Shown here piece after piece: positions 50,441 through 61,141 of a stretch of 64,000 bases of DNA. Each line of letters begins with the position of its first letter. Positions within the stretch are counted from its first letter, which is position 1. A program made the translations under genes and the position numbers. Under the pieces are notes generated by a model that had not been told where the DNA came from, ran no database searches, and saw only the letters and a list, made by a program, of their open reading frames with translations. Source of the DNA: an uncultured bacterium (GTDB lineage Bacteria > Verrucomicrobiota > Verrucomicrobiia > Limisphaerales > UBA8199); contig CAVVMW010000004.1 of NCBI GenBank assembly GCA_963749495.1, positions 832,001 to 896,000 of the forward strand, read 5' to 3'.

Positions 50441-51403
50441 TTAGCGCGCCGGCACGGTCAGGGTCTGGCCGGGGCGGAGCCTGCGGGGGTTTACCCCGGG
50501 ATTGGCGGCGGTCAGCACGTCCAGCCTCAGGCCATACTGCCTGGCGATGCCGGCCAGGGTCTCGTGCGGCTTGATGACGTGCATGCGTGAGGGCGTGTTC
50601 CGGCCTGGGACCGTGCCGCCGGGGCCGGCGCGCCCGCCATCGGCGAGCGCGGTGACAGGTCCGCGATTGGTGGATGGGGCCTGGCGCGAGCCGGGGGCGC
50701 CGCCGCCGGCGGCTGCCGCGGCAGAGGCGCCGCCACCCGGCGGCGGCGCTGGGCGCGCCGCAAGGCCGGCCCCGCCCGTGGCCTGGGGGCCGCGCCCGGA
50801 GGCATTGGCCTCGCCCGAGGCGCGCTCCGCCTGGCCGGGCAACGAGGTCTCTGTTGCGGGAGCGGGCGTTGCGCGGGCGGGCGGATTGGTCTGGGAACGC
50901 TGCTGGGCGGCGAAGTAGGCGCGCCACCGGGCGTTTTCCTCGTTCAAGCGTTTGTTTTCCTCCGCCAGTCGTTTGCTGTCTTCGACCAGTTTTTCCAGGT
51001 CGCGTTGCTGCTTGTCGGTGAGCGGCCCCAGCGAGACGGTGCGGGCCAGTTCCTGTTTGGCGGACAGGATGCGCTGTCGGACCGTCTCGGCCCTGGCCGA
51101 GTTGGGCTGCAGCTTGAGATAATGCTCGTAGTGATAGATGGCGGCGGCGGGGTCGGGCTTCTGCTGAGTGTAAAGGCAGCCCAGTTCGAAATGGGCGGAG
51201 GCAGATCTCGGGTTGACCGCAAGGGCCTTCTCGAAGGACGCGATAGCGGCGTCGGAATCCATGGTCTTGAGGTGGTTCTTGCCGGCCATGAAGTGCGGTT
51301 CCTTCTCCTCTTCCAGTTGGCTCTGGGGTGGCAGGCAGCCGCCCAGCACCAGTGCCAGGACCAGCCCCGACAGGCCCCGCAACAACTTGACCGAAAACTT
51401 CAT
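50441..51403 (-). CDS. TPR + LysM lipoprotein
   Basis: LGGC lipobox, TPR AIASFEKAL...AHFELG, LysM HVIKPHETLAGIARQYG...ANPG...GQTLTVP. Confidence 0.88.
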   Translation of the reverse strand: MKFSVKLLRGLSGLVLALVLGGCLPPQSQLEEEKEPHFMAGKNHLKTMDSDAAIASFEKALAVNPRSASAHFELGCLYTQQKPDPAAAIYHYEHYLKLQPNSARAETVRQRILSAKQELARTVSLGPLTDKQQRDLEKLVEDSKRLAEENKRLNEENARWRAYFAAQQRSQTNPPARATPAPATETSLPGQAERASGEANASGRGPQATGGAGLAARPAPPPGGGASAAAAAGGGAPGSRQAPSTNRGPVTALADGGRAGPGGTVPGRNTPSRMHVIKPHETLAGIARQYGLRLDVLTAANPGVNPRRLRPGQTLTVPAR

Positions 51404-51461
51404 GGTTCGCAGACTATCCCGGATTCCGCCTGCCTGTCCAGCACCGCCGCTTGCGGCGGGA

Positions 51462-51641
51462 CGCATCCCGACACTGCCCCCGTAGCGCAGACTTCCAAGT
51501 CTGCCGTATCGCGGGTTCCAAACCCGCAGACCGTCCGATTTCGAGCGCCCTGCCGACTTGGAAGTCGGCGATACGGCAGGTTTGGAAACCTGCGCTACAG
51601 GCTGGCGGACCCCGCCAAATGGGGGGCAGTGTCGGGATGCG
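51462..51641. repeat. GTAGCGCAG palindrome inside a perfect 19-bp wrapper IR
   Basis: cgcatcccgacactgcccc (51462-51480) / ggggcagtgtcgggatgcg (51623-51641). Confidence 0.88.
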
Positions 51642-51659
51642 CTCCTTGGGGCGGACCTC

Positions 51660-52478
51660 TCACCCACGCTCCGCGAATGGGTTGGACTGGGAGGCGGCCG
51701 GGGCAGGGCGGTGCCGCGGCAGGGACAGCGCGCCGGCCAGCACATAGATCCAGCCCAGCAGAATATGGCTTGCCCACACGACAACCAACCCGATGAGGTC
51801 CAAGGCTCCCAGCCCGTAAACCAGGATAGCCAGCGTGACCAACAGCGCCCCCGGCATCAGCGCCGCCCCGCAAAGCCGCCAACTGCCGCCCAGGCTCAAC
51901 TCCCGGTTGGCCATGGACCCGGCCAGCCAGACCGGCAGACAATAGACCGTGCCCAAGAACGTCCAACTCAGCATCAAGCCGGCGCCGACTCCCAAGGCGA
52001 TCAGGGCCAGGATTGCCGGCCGCCAGGCCCCCCACCATGGCTCCAGCCCCGTTCGATTGAACGCCGCCTGCCACCCCCGAGGATACGGCGCGCGCAGCCA
52101 GCCGCCGAAGGAGATAACCTCGAAATCATTCCGGCCAAACTCGACCTGCAAGTGGGCTGGAGAACGGATGACGCCGGTGTGGTCCAGGTCAACCACCAGG
52201 GCCAGGAAATTGTTCTCCGCCAGCCTGGCTGGGGATTGGCCCGGCCAATCCAGTGTCCCGCCGTGGAGCGCCCCTTGCGCAGGCAGGCGCTGGATGGCTG
52301 CGCCCACCACGGGAGACCAGGCGCTCTGGACGAACCACACCACGGTCCCCGCCGCCAGCAGCGCCATGATCGATTGCACCAGCAGCAGACGCGCCACGCC
52401 GGCAGGGGCAAAGGCTGCCACCCCACGCCACGTCAGCGGTTGCCAGGCAATCAGCGGTTTGTCGGCCGGTTCATCCAT
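51660..52478 (-). CDS. Hypothetical membrane protein
   Basis: Several hydrophobic helices; AWQPLTWRGVAAFA. Confidence 0.7.
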   Translation of the reverse strand: MDEPADKPLIAWQPLTWRGVAAFAPAGVARLLLVQSIMALLAAGTVVWFVQSAWSPVVGAAIQRLPAQGALHGGTLDWPGQSPARLAENNFLALVVDLDHTGVIRSPAHLQVEFGRNDFEVISFGGWLRAPYPRGWQAAFNRTGLEPWWGAWRPAILALIALGVGAGLMLSWTFLGTVYCLPVWLAGSMANRELSLGGSWRLCGAALMPGALLVTLAILVYGLGALDLIGLVVVWASHILLGWIYVLAGALSLPRHRPAPAASQSNPFAERG

Positions 52479-52640
52479 ACGCGCGGGCGGCCATTATAGC
52501 CCCATGCCCCTGGCCTGTCCCCAACAGAATCATCGTTCTCTGGCTCTCCTGCCACAAATGATTTTGCCACAAATGATTTTGCGATTCTGTCCTTGCGGAA
52601 TGATTCTGCTCGCCTCCGGCGCGGGGCGCTGGCATTTTGG

Positions 52641-54986
52641 ATGACCTTGAGAAATCTGATCTTGTTCAGACGATGGGTCCGGGCCGGGGCGCTGGCGGTC
52701 TTGGCGGCGGGGCTGGCGCGGCCCGCCTGGCCGGCCCCCGCCGGCCCGAACTGCTTCGGCTTCACCGGTCCGGAGATTTTTCCAATCGGCAGCCAGATCA
52801 GCCAGCTTCGCGTGGCCGACCTGGATGGGGACGGGCTCAACGACCTGGTGGTGGTCGACAACGCCCGTTCCAAGATCACGCTGCTCTACAACCAGACCGG
52901 CCGGACCAACCGGGCCGCCGGGGCCGAGCTGGGGCGCCAACGCGAACTCAACGAATTGCCCCCGGACTCCCGCTTCCGCATCCAGTCCATTGCCTCGGAG
53001 AAGCGGATTGCCTCGCTGGTCGTGGCGGACCTCAACGGCGATGGGCGGCCCGACCTGGCCTACTATGGGGAGCCCAAGGAACTGGTCGTGCTCTACAACC
53101 TGGGCGCCGGCGGCTGGAGCGCGCCCAAGCGCTGGCCCATCGAAGACGGCCAGCTCTCGCCCAATGCCCTTTGCACGGGCGACTTGAACGGCGACGGGCG
53201 CGAGGACCTGGTCTTGCTGGGGGAAACCTGCGTTTACTTTTTTCCTCAGAAGGCCGACCACACCCTGGGAGAACCCGAACGGATTCCCTTTTCCGGCACC
53301 GTCCGTTCGGTGCAGGTCCTGGACGTCGATGGGGATGGCCGCAGCGACTTGCTCCTGGTGAATTGGGAAGACCGCTACCCGTTCCGGTTTCGGCTGCAAG
53401 GGGCCGATGGCCAACTCGGCCCGGAGATCTATTTCAGCTCGCCTCCCATTCGCTCCTATTGGGCCGACAACCTCGAGCCCAAGGGCAAAATGCAGGTCAT
53501 CACCATCGCCCAAAACTCCGGCCGCGCCCAGGTCTCCGAATTCACCCGTGCTCCCGCCGAGGCCCTCGCCGGCGGTTTCCAGCAGGGCCAGTTCCAGGTC
53601 TTCCCGCTCAACCGGACCGACAAGGCCCGACGGGGATTGCTCTGGGCCGATGTCAACGGCGACGGCCGGCCCGACCTGCTCGTGGCGGAGCCGGAAAGCG
53701 GCCAGGTCTCCCTCTGTCTGCAGCAGCCGGACGGCTCGCTGGCCCCTCCCAAGACCTTTCCCACGCTGGCGGGAATCAGCGACCTGGCCGTCGCCGATTG
53801 GCAAGGCGATGGCCGGCCCGAGATCTTCATGCTCAGCGAGGACGAACGCCAGGTGGGGGTCACGCGGCTGGACGACAAGGGGCGCCTGCCCTTCCCGAGA
53901 CTCCTGCCGCTGGAGGGCAAGCCGCTGGTCCTGGCAGCGGGCCCGCTCCAGCCCGGCGCCAAACCCACCTTGGCCCTTATCCTCGACCAGGATGGCCGGC
54001 GCTCCCTGGTCACCCGCTCGGCCGATGGCAAAACCAGGACCCAAAAGCTCAGCGAAAACTTCAAGGCCAACCCGACGACCATGGCCTTGCACGACGCGGA
54101 CCAGGACGGCCTCATGGACCTGGTCATCCTAATCCCCTACGAGAAGATCAAGATCCTGCGCCAGGTGCCGGGCAAGGACTTCGAGGAACTGGATGTCGCC
54201 CCGCCCGGCGGCGTCATCGAGCAGCCCTGGCTGAGCGTGGCGGACATCGATGGCGACGGCAAGCCGGAGCTGCTGCTGACGCAGAAGAACTTCGTGCGCG
54301 CCGTGGTCCTCAAGCGCAACTCCGGCCCCGAAGAGGGCGCGGGCCAGGCCGGGTGGGTCTTGAGCGTGAAGGAGCAGATCAACGGGGCGGCCGTCAACTC
54401 GCGCCTGGCGGGCGCCGCCGCTCTGCCCAACCCCACCAACGCGGTCCCCTCACTCTTCCTGCTCGATGCCGAGCGCAAGGCCCTCACCTTGTGCGAGCGC
54501 GACCCCGCCGGCGTCTGGCAGGCAGTCCGCAACGTGCCCCTTCCCGTCTCCGAGTTCAACGCCCTGCGGCCCATCGCCCTGGGCGGCACCAACCTCAACG
54601 CCCTCGCCTTCCTCGGCCTTAACGCCGTCGCCTGCCTCCCGCTCAGCGGCCAGGTCTGGCAACTCACCGAATTGGACGGCTACGAAACCCCCATCAAAGA
54701 CGGCCACCTCACCGATGTCATCTCCGGCGACCTGGACAACGACGGGCGCAAGGACCTGGTCTTCCTGGAGACGGCCCGCAACTACCTGGACCTGGTCATC
54801 TTCGACGCGCACCATAAGCTCGTCCCGGCCAACCGCTGGCAGGTCTTCGAGGAGCGCACCTTCCGCGCCCGGCGTGGCGACCTCCCGGAACCACGCGAGG
54901 CCGTCATCGCCGATGTCACCGGCGACGGCAAGAACGACCTCATCGTCCTGGTCCACGACCGCATCCTGGTTTACCCACAGGAGTAA
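52641..54986 (+). CDS. Secreted FG-GAP/VCBS repeat protein
   Basis: About 10 DxxGDGxxDL repeats; signal peptide. Confidence 0.9.
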   Translation: MTLRNLILFRRWVRAGALAVLAAGLARPAWPAPAGPNCFGFTGPEIFPIGSQISQLRVADLDGDGLNDLVVVDNARSKITLLYNQTGRTNRAAGAELGRQRELNELPPDSRFRIQSIASEKRIASLVVADLNGDGRPDLAYYGEPKELVVLYNLGAGGWSAPKRWPIEDGQLSPNALCTGDLNGDGREDLVLLGETCVYFFPQKADHTLGEPERIPFSGTVRSVQVLDVDGDGRSDLLLVNWEDRYPFRFRLQGADGQLGPEIYFSSPPIRSYWADNLEPKGKMQVITIAQNSGRAQVSEFTRAPAEALAGGFQQGQFQVFPLNRTDKARRGLLWADVNGDGRPDLLVAEPESGQVSLCLQQPDGSLAPPKTFPTLAGISDLAVADWQGDGRPEIFMLSEDERQVGVTRLDDKGRLPFPRLLPLEGKPLVLAAGPLQPGAKPTLALILDQDGRRSLVTRSADGKTRTQKLSENFKANPTTMALHDADQDGLMDLVILIPYEKIKILRQVPGKDFEELDVAPPGGVIEQPWLSVADIDGDGKPELLLTQKNFVRAVVLKRNSGPEEGAGQAGWVLSVKEQINGAAVNSRLAGAAALPNPTNAVPSLFLLDAERKALTLCERDPAGVWQAVRNVPLPVSEFNALRPIALGGTNLNALAFLGLNAVACLPLSGQVWQLTELDGYETPIKDGHLTDVISGDLDNDGRKDLVFLETARNYLDLVIFDAHHKLVPANRWQVFEERTFRARRGDLPEPREAVIADVTGDGKNDLIVLVHDRILVYPQE

Positions 54987-54989
54987 GGA

Positions 54990-55330
54990 GGGGCGAGCGG
55001 CGAGGGACGAGGGGCGAGGGGTGGAGATCGATTCGGGCGCGAGTCAGCTTTTTTGGCAACCCATTCTCATCGGTCGCGGCTTGCCCCTCACCGGCCCTCT
55101 CCCCGTCTGACGGGGAGAGGGAGCAGCCAAGCCCGGTTTTCGCACGTTCCAACGCGCCGGGATTCGTCCTTAGACGGGCGGCGGTCCTCCCTCTCCCCAT
55201 CCGATGGGGAGAGGGCCGGGGTGAGGGGAAACCCGGCGGCCATACCTCGAGCACGTTTCCAAAAACTGATTTGCGCCCGAATCGATCTCCACCCCTCGAC
55301 CCTCGACCCTCGGCCCTCGTCGCTGCCTCC
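54990..55330. repeat. Nested element: (CGAGGG..)n plus GGAGATCGATTCGGGCGC outer IR around a CCCTCACC palindrome
   Basis: gaggggtggagatcgattcgggcgc ... gcgcccgaatcgatctccacccctc. Confidence 0.8.
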
Positions 55331-55363
55331 TGGCCCCTCCGCCCTCGTCCCCCGCGTCTAACC

Positions 55364-56170
55364 CTAGAGCTTTCTCACCCAGATATTCCTGAACCTCACC
55401 GGGCAGTGGTGCCCGCCCAGGGCCAGCGGGCCGGTGCCGCTCTTGTGCTTGTACTCCGGCACGATCCGGTGGCCTGTCTCGCCACGGATCTCCTGGTCGA
55501 GCTGCACCAGGACGCCGTTTTGAATCACCGTCACCCGTGCCGGCGCCTCGAGCTTGTCCCCGGCGAACTTCGGCGCGATGAAAACGATGTCGTAGGTCTG
55601 CCACTGGCCCGGCGGACGGGTCGGGTTGACCAGCGGCGGCGTCTGGCCATAGACCGCCCCGCAGGCCCCGTCGGGGTAGATCTTCTCATTGTAGGAATCG
55701 AAGATCTGGATTTCAAAGAGGCCCATCAGCATCACGCCGTTGTTGCCCTGGTTGTACCAGGGACCTTCGAAGTTGGCCGGGCCCATCCATTCGAGGTGCA
55801 ACTGGATGCTCCCGAAGCGGTCCGTGGTCGCGAAGTGGCTGTCGCCCGAGACCAGGCAGCCGTCCTCCACCTTCCAGTCGCCCAGCGCTTCCCATTTCGA
55901 CGCGTCCTGGCCGTCGAAAAGCACGATGGCGTCCGAAGGCCGCGGCGCCGGCGGACCCGCCTGGCCGGGGTCCACCTTCCGGGGATTGGGCCGGTCCGGG
56001 TCGTGGACCAGCCACTGGCACCACGGCAGCTTTGGCGTGTCCTTGTACCCATAGACTCCGGAACCGTCTTTGGCGTGAACCAGGTCCGCCGCCCGCGCGC
56101 CCACAGGCCAAAGCACCGCCGCACACGCCAGGCAGGAAAACAGGGAAAACACCGCTCGCATCGATTTCAT
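55364..56170 (-). CDS. DUF1080 (3-keto-glycoside hydrolase-like) secreted protein
   Basis: PSDAIVLFDG, QLHLEW, QGNNGV, EIQIFDS, GQWQTYDIVF, VRFRNIWVR. Confidence 0.9.
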   Translation of the reverse strand: MKSMRAVFSLFSCLACAAVLWPVGARAADLVHAKDGSGVYGYKDTPKLPWCQWLVHDPDRPNPRKVDPGQAGPPAPRPSDAIVLFDGQDASKWEALGDWKVEDGCLVSGDSHFATTDRFGSIQLHLEWMGPANFEGPWYNQGNNGVMLMGLFEIQIFDSYNEKIYPDGACGAVYGQTPPLVNPTRPPGQWQTYDIVFIAPKFAGDKLEAPARVTVIQNGVLVQLDQEIRGETGHRIVPEYKHKSGTGPLALGGHHCPVRFRNIWVRKL

Positions 56171-56264
56171 GGCCGACTCATAGGGAAAATGGGCGGGGCT
56201 GTCAATCACTTGCCCATCCCTACTGTAAGTCCTCACTGAAGGCGTGAGCAGCGCCGCGGGCAGG

Positions 56265-56410
56265 CCCCTCACCCCAACCCTCTCCCCATCGGATGGGGAG
56301 AGGGAGAATTCTCCATCGCGGCTAGAGGAACCAGAGACGCCCAGAAGTTCAAGAGGCTGCCGACGCTCCGCCCTCTCCCCTTCGGAAGGGGAGAGGGTTG
56401 GGGTGAGGGG
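56265..56410. repeat. CCCTCACC-family palindrome
   Basis: Similar to 13381-13526. Confidence 0.85.
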
Positions 56411-56453
56411 TTCGCCCGGCACTTTGTCTCCGCCTTCACCGATTACCCCCTAA

Positions 56454-56906
56454 TCACAACGCCCCCAGCCGGTCCGCCATGCGGCTCACGGCCGAGTAGT
56501 AGTCCCGGACTTCCAGGCCCAAGGCGGCGGCGCCGAAGGCCTCCGCGTCCTGGGCCGAGGCGAAGACGCCATAATTGACGCTGACCAGTTGATAGAGCAC
56601 CAGGAGCGGGACCTGGTCCAGGTCGGCCTGGAACCGGGGATGGACGTACATGATGAAACCGTCCTCGGGGCGGCTTCCCCTGGGAAGCGGGCAGGCAAAC
56701 TCACCGGGCAGCAGCGGCCCGGCGTCGAAGACGATGCGGCATGGGTAGCGAACGCAGGCGCGGTCGTCGAGCAGGGTCAACAATTCCTTCCAGCCGATGC
56801 GCGGGCCGTAGCGGAGGCGGATGTCGAGCCCCTTTTCCGCGGCGTGGGCCCGCAGCGATTGGCGGCCGTCTTGGGCGGTGAGGGGTTGTCCGGGATGCGC
56901 GGCCAT
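56454..56906 (-). CDS. Hypothetical protein at the end of the respiratory operon
   Basis: VRYPC, LLPGEFA, VHP, LYQLVSVNYG; co-oriented with nrfD-like gene. Confidence 0.7.
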   Translation of the reverse strand: MAAHPGQPLTAQDGRQSLRAHAAEKGLDIRLRYGPRIGWKELLTLLDDRACVRYPCRIVFDAGPLLPGEFACPLPRGSRPEDGFIMYVHPRFQADLDQVPLLVLYQLVSVNYGVFASAQDAEAFGAAALGLEVRDYYSAVSRMADRLGAL

Positions 56907-56937
56907 GGCTCGGGCGGTTGGACCGGCTGCGGAGCGG

Positions 56938-58212
56938 TCAGGACTTGAGCGCCGCGTTGGCCGGCGGGAGGCACAGCTTCCAGCCGCTCTGGCCTTCGTT
57001 GGCCTTGGCAAGCCGCCCCTGGAGGATGGGCACGGCCATTCGCAGGAAGACGGTGTAGCAGAGCAACCCAAAGGCCCAGATGCCGAAGCACACCAGGGTC
57101 TCGTTGAGGGAGGGCCTATACTCGACCATCTCGCCCAGCGGCGTGGGGATGAAGCCCGGGATGACCAGGCCCATGCCCTTCTCGATCCAGATGCCAACGA
57201 TGCACAGGACGCAGGTGAGGTTGAGCCAGCGCAGGCTGCGGCTGACCGGCAGCACCAACAGCACCATGGCCAGGAGGTTGAAGCCGATGGCGGTCCAAAT
57301 CCACGGGACCAGGGCGTGCCGGCCGTCCAAGCCCAGGTAGAGGTATCTGGAGGAGGCCACGTGCAGGTTGCCGGAATAGAATTCCTTGAAGACCTCGTTG
57401 GCGAGCAGGAAGACGTTGATGAGCATCGAGACCTGGACGATGCTGCGGAGGGTGAGCAAGGCCCGATCCGTAATCCGGTAGTCGGTCACGCGACGGATGA
57501 GTTGCAGGGCCAGGATGATGAGGGCTGGCCCGGCGGTGAACGCGGAGGCCAGGAACCGCGGGCCGACGATCGCCGAGTTCCAGAAGGGCCGCCCGCCCAA
57601 GCCGACATAGAGAAAGGCGGTGACCGTGTGGATGGACACCGCCCAGACGATGGCGACGAACACGAAGGGGATGTAGAACCACTTGGCGGGTTTGCGTCCA
57701 TGGTAGCGCGAGTAGAGCAAATAGCCGCAGATGTGGAGGTTGAGCAGGAGGTAACCGTTGAGCACGATGACGTCCCAGCTCAGCATCGAGGCCGGGAAAT
57801 TGAATTGGCCGATGCCCGGCACCAGGTGCCAGAACCGATCGGGCCGGCCCAGGTCCACGGTGACAAAGGCCAGGCACATCAGGATGGCGGCCACGGCCAG
57901 CAATTCGCCGAAGATGACCAGGTCGTGCAGGTCCTCGTTGTTATAGACATAGACCGGGATGACCATCATGACCGCGGCGGCGGCCACGCCGACCAGGAAG
58001 GTGAAGTTGGCGATGTAAACCCCCCAGGAGACCTCGTCGCTCATCCCCGTCACCACCAGGCCGTGCGCCAACTGGCGCGCGTAGGCATTGAGCCCCAGCA
58101 GGCAGAACACGCTCAACACCCCCATCCACGCATAATATCGCCAGTCTCCCACGAAGGCGATGCGCGCGCAGCGCCCGAGAAACACCAGGTAGTTTCTGAT
58201 CGCCCGGGTCAT
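56938..58212 (-). CDS. NrfD/PsrC/DsrP-like quinol-interacting membrane protein (module 2)
   Basis: VTGMSDEVSWGVYIANFTF, DLGRPDRFWH, SIHTVTAFLY, PRFLASAF. Confidence 0.92.
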   Translation of the reverse strand: MTRAIRNYLVFLGRCARIAFVGDWRYYAWMGVLSVFCLLGLNAYARQLAHGLVVTGMSDEVSWGVYIANFTFLVGVAAAAVMMVIPVYVYNNEDLHDLVIFGELLAVAAILMCLAFVTVDLGRPDRFWHLVPGIGQFNFPASMLSWDVIVLNGYLLLNLHICGYLLYSRYHGRKPAKWFYIPFVFVAIVWAVSIHTVTAFLYVGLGGRPFWNSAIVGPRFLASAFTAGPALIILALQLIRRVTDYRITDRALLTLRSIVQVSMLINVFLLANEVFKEFYSGNLHVASSRYLYLGLDGRHALVPWIWTAIGFNLLAMVLLVLPVSRSLRWLNLTCVLCIVGIWIEKGMGLVIPGFIPTPLGEMVEYRPSLNETLVCFGIWAFGLLCYTVFLRMAVPILQGRLAKANEGQSGWKLCLPPANAALKS

Positions 58213-59162
58213 ACGTCGAAGTAGTAGAAGAACCGCGGGGAGGTGCCCAATTCCTCCTTCAATTGGATGAAGACCCGCTTGGTGCGCAGGATATAGGCGA
58301 CTTCGCTGGCCGGGTCGAGCACGTTGCCGAATTTGCGCGCGCCCACGGGGCAGACCTCGACGCAGGCGGGATAGCGGCCCGCCCGGGTGCGCTGGAGGCA
58401 GAAGTGGCATTTCTCCATGACGCCGCGGTGGCGGGGCCGGTTGCCCAGGTAGGCCATGTCGAGGTTGAGGCGGTCCTTGGGGATGGACGGCTTGGCGAAA
58501 TTAAAGCGCCGCGCCCAATAGGGGCAGGCCGCCTCGCAATAGCGGCAGCCGATGCACCAATCGTAATCGATGACCGTCACCCCGTCGGTTTCCTGCCAGG
58601 TGGCGTGCACAGGACAGACTTTGACACAGGGCGGGTACTTGCACTGCTGGCATTGCACCGGCATGTAAAAGTAGCCCTCTTCCGGGACCGACTCGGGGTG
58701 GTAGTGGTGCTCGGCCTTCTCGAGGTCCAGCGAACCGTGGGGCAGGCGCAGGACGCGGATGTATTGGATTTCCGGGGTGCGGGACTGGTTGTTTTCCGCC
58801 ACGCAGGCGTGGACGCACTTGCGGCACCCGATGCACCGCGTGAGGTTTAAGGCATAGACGAACTGGACGCCGTTCAAGGGCTTGAGGTCTTTCACGTGCG
58901 GTCGCAGGCCGTATTGCTTCTGGACCTCGTCTTCGATGCGCTTGAGGACTTTGCCCATCTCGTCCGGCGTCAGCTCCTTGTAGTACTTCTGCAGGAATTG
59001 CTCGGCGGAGGGGAAGTCGTCGTAGTGACGGAGCGGCGCCAGGCTGGCCGCCAGCGCGGCCAGGCCGGAGGCAAAGACGGCTGAGCCGCGGAGAAAGCTG
59101 CGCCGGCTCATCCCGGCGCCCTGGCCGGCGGCTGGGTTGGTTTCGGGCTGTGGAGCAGTCAT
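58209..59162 (-). CDS. Tat-exported 4Fe-4S protein (NrfC/DsrO-like, module 2)
   Basis: SRRSFL; CIGCRKCVHAC, CQQC..PPCVKVCP, CIGCRYCEAACP, CHFC...PACVEVCP. Confidence 0.93.
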   Translation of the reverse strand: MTAPQPETNPAAGQGAGMSRRSFLRGSAVFASGLAALAASLAPLRHYDDFPSAEQFLQKYYKELTPDEMGKVLKRIEDEVQKQYGLRPHVKDLKPLNGVQFVYALNLTRCIGCRKCVHACVAENNQSRTPEIQYIRVLRLPHGSLDLEKAEHHYHPESVPEEGYFYMPVQCQQCKYPPCVKVCPVHATWQETDGVTVIDYDWCIGCRYCEAACPYWARRFNFAKPSIPKDRLNLDMAYLGNRPRHRGVMEKCHFCLQRTRAGRYPACVEVCPVGARKFGNVLDPASEVAYILRTKRVFIQLKEELGTSPRFFYYFDV

Positions 59163-59165
59163 GGC

Positions 59166-59882
59166 TTAGTGCTGGGCAACCGCCGCGGTCATGCCCGCCG
59201 GGCGCAACGGGTGAGGCCCCGGCAGCGGTGTTCGAGGCGGTATTTTCGGGCTGTGCGGGTTGTGGCAGTCCACACAGATCTGGCGCTTGGGCGCGCCCGC
59301 GTCCAGTTTCCAGTAGCCGCCGGTGCGCCCGTGCGCCCCGGCCTCCCAATCCCGGTAGGTGGGGCCGTGGCAACTGCCGCACAACGACGGGCTGTCCTGG
59401 AATTTCAACTGGCGTCCATCTCGAGTTTGGAACAGGACGAGGTTTTGCTCGTCGTGGCAATTGAAACAGTTGTTGTTCCGGTTGTGGCGCCCGTGGGCCA
59501 TCACGATGTCGCTATGCTCCTTGGGCACGACGATGTTGTGGTCGGCGTCGAAACGGAGTGTCGGCGGCTTGTTCGTCTCATGGCACCCATAACAATCGAA
59601 GTCGGAGAGATCCGCCTGCGCCTGGGCCAACTGGACGTAGGAGGTGCGAATGGTCGCGGGCGCAATCAACTCCGGCTCCACCAGGGCCAGGGGGCGCAGG
59701 GCCTGGGGTTCAACCCAATGCCGCCCGTAAAAGTAGTGGGCCAGGACCAGCAAGATGACCGCGAGGGTCAACAGCACGGCGGAAACCCGGGTCTGGGCGC
59801 TGCTATCCGCTGGATCGGGCTTGCTTGGACTTGGGGGTTGCACGTTCAAGGTTCCAACCGGCCGGTTCGGCCGGCCGGCCAT
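59166..59882 (-). CDS. Membrane-anchored tetraheme cytochrome c (module 2)
   Basis: CYGCH, CFNCH, CGSCH, CVDCH; N-terminal TM; start uncertain. Confidence 0.88.
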   Translation of the reverse strand: MAGRPNRPVGTLNVQPPSPSKPDPADSSAQTRVSAVLLTLAVILLVLAHYFYGRHWVEPQALRPLALVEPELIAPATIRTSYVQLAQAQADLSDFDCYGCHETNKPPTLRFDADHNIVVPKEHSDIVMAHGRHNRNNNCFNCHDEQNLVLFQTRDGRQLKFQDSPSLCGSCHGPTYRDWEAGAHGRTGGYWKLDAGAPKRQICVDCHNPHSPKIPPRTPLPGPHPLRPAGMTAAVAQH

Positions 59883-59886
59883 TGCA

Positions 59887-61140
59887 TTAAGGGCCGGCCG
59901 ATGCCGCCTTGGGAGGCTGGGCGTGAAAATCCTGCCGGCCCTCCGGCAGCCGTTCCGCCAGGAACAGCTTCACGAACACGGTCAAGATGATGAAAGGCAG
60001 GACCAGCAGGATCGCCCCCATCAGCCATCCCTCTATTCCGGCAAAGTCCATCTTGTAGCTCATGAAGCCGCGCAGGCTCTTGGAGAAGAGCTGGCCCCCA
60101 ATGACGACGTTCCAGCGCATGGCCAGCACGCCAACCAGGATGAGGGCGGCGCTGGCGAAGTAGATGCGCTTGCGCGCCAGCTCCGGCACGCGCCGGCGCA
60201 GGAGCTGCATTGTTCCCAGCAGCAAGAGCGGCACCGCCGTGCCCAGCAGCGCCTGGCCCACGTTGAGCGTGTAGAAGAGCTTCTCGGTGGCCAGTTGGCG
60301 CAGGATCTGGAAGGTCTCTTCGGCCGAGTAAATGCGATGAACCCAGTCCAGCCCCTCCACCGCCGCGTCGATCACCAGCGCGTAGAACAGGACCATGCCC
60401 ATCATGTCCAGGCAGCGCATGTCCACGGAGTGGCGCCGCACCCACGTCAGCGTCATGTAATTGAAGACGCACAGGGCGATGCCCGACACCATGGCCGAGA
60501 GAATGAAGATGATGGGCATCAGGGCGTTGCCCCACCATGGGTTGGCCTTGACCGAGCCGAAGATGAAGCCGACGTAGCCGTGGAGCAGGAAGGCCGAGGG
60601 GATGCCGATAATGGAAATGACCCAGCCCAGCCGGGCGTCCAAGGCCAGAGCCGGCCCGGACTCATCGGTGACGCCCAGGGTGAAGGCGCGGTAGAGGATG
60701 CCGCGCAGCCCGGCGGTGTTTTGGGACCAGCGGACGAAATCGTGCCGATAATCGAACCACAGCTCCAGCAGCAGCACGGCCATGAGGTACCACGCATAGA
60801 TAAAGCCGAAGATGGCCATGGGCGAGGTCAGGTGGGGCGTCATCATGATCTCCAGGCAGCGCTCCGGATGGCCCAGGTGGCAGAGCAGCGGCAGCGGGGC
60901 GGCCAGGAGGAAGGCAAAGGCCGTCAAGAGCGAGAGCCGATACACCGGCTCCAGCGCCTTGACCTTGAAGACCCGGACCAGCGAGGCCATGATGAAGGCC
61001 CCGGCCACCAGCCCGGTGATGTACGGGTAGAGCACGATCAGCACGCCCCAGAGCGGCTGCCGCGTCGCCTCGTTGGGATACACGTAGCCCTCGAAATGGG
61101 GCATCGCCTCGACTGCCAGGCGGGTCAGTTCGTTGGTCAT
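59887..61140 (-). CDS. NrfD-like membrane protein (module 1)
   Basis: WGVLIVLYPYITGLVAG, HLGHPER, SPM, LHGYVGFIF, RWNVVIGGQ. Confidence 0.92.
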   Translation of the reverse strand: MTNELTRLAVEAMPHFEGYVYPNEATRQPLWGVLIVLYPYITGLVAGAFIMASLVRVFKVKALEPVYRLSLLTAFAFLLAAPLPLLCHLGHPERCLEIMMTPHLTSPMAIFGFIYAWYLMAVLLLELWFDYRHDFVRWSQNTAGLRGILYRAFTLGVTDESGPALALDARLGWVISIIGIPSAFLLHGYVGFIFGSVKANPWWGNALMPIIFILSAMVSGIALCVFNYMTLTWVRRHSVDMRCLDMMGMVLFYALVIDAAVEGLDWVHRIYSAEETFQILRQLATEKLFYTLNVGQALLGTAVPLLLLGTMQLLRRRVPELARKRIYFASAALILVGVLAMRWNVVIGGQLFSKSLRGFMSYKMDFAGIEGWLMGAILLVLPFIILTVFVKLFLAERLPEGRQDFHAQPPKAASAGP

Positions 61141-61141
61141 G

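Noticed and set aside
56938..59882. DsrJOP implying dissimilatory sulfate reduction
   Set aside because: No dsrMK or dsrAB in the window, and the cytochrome has four CxxCH motifs, unlike triheme DsrJ.
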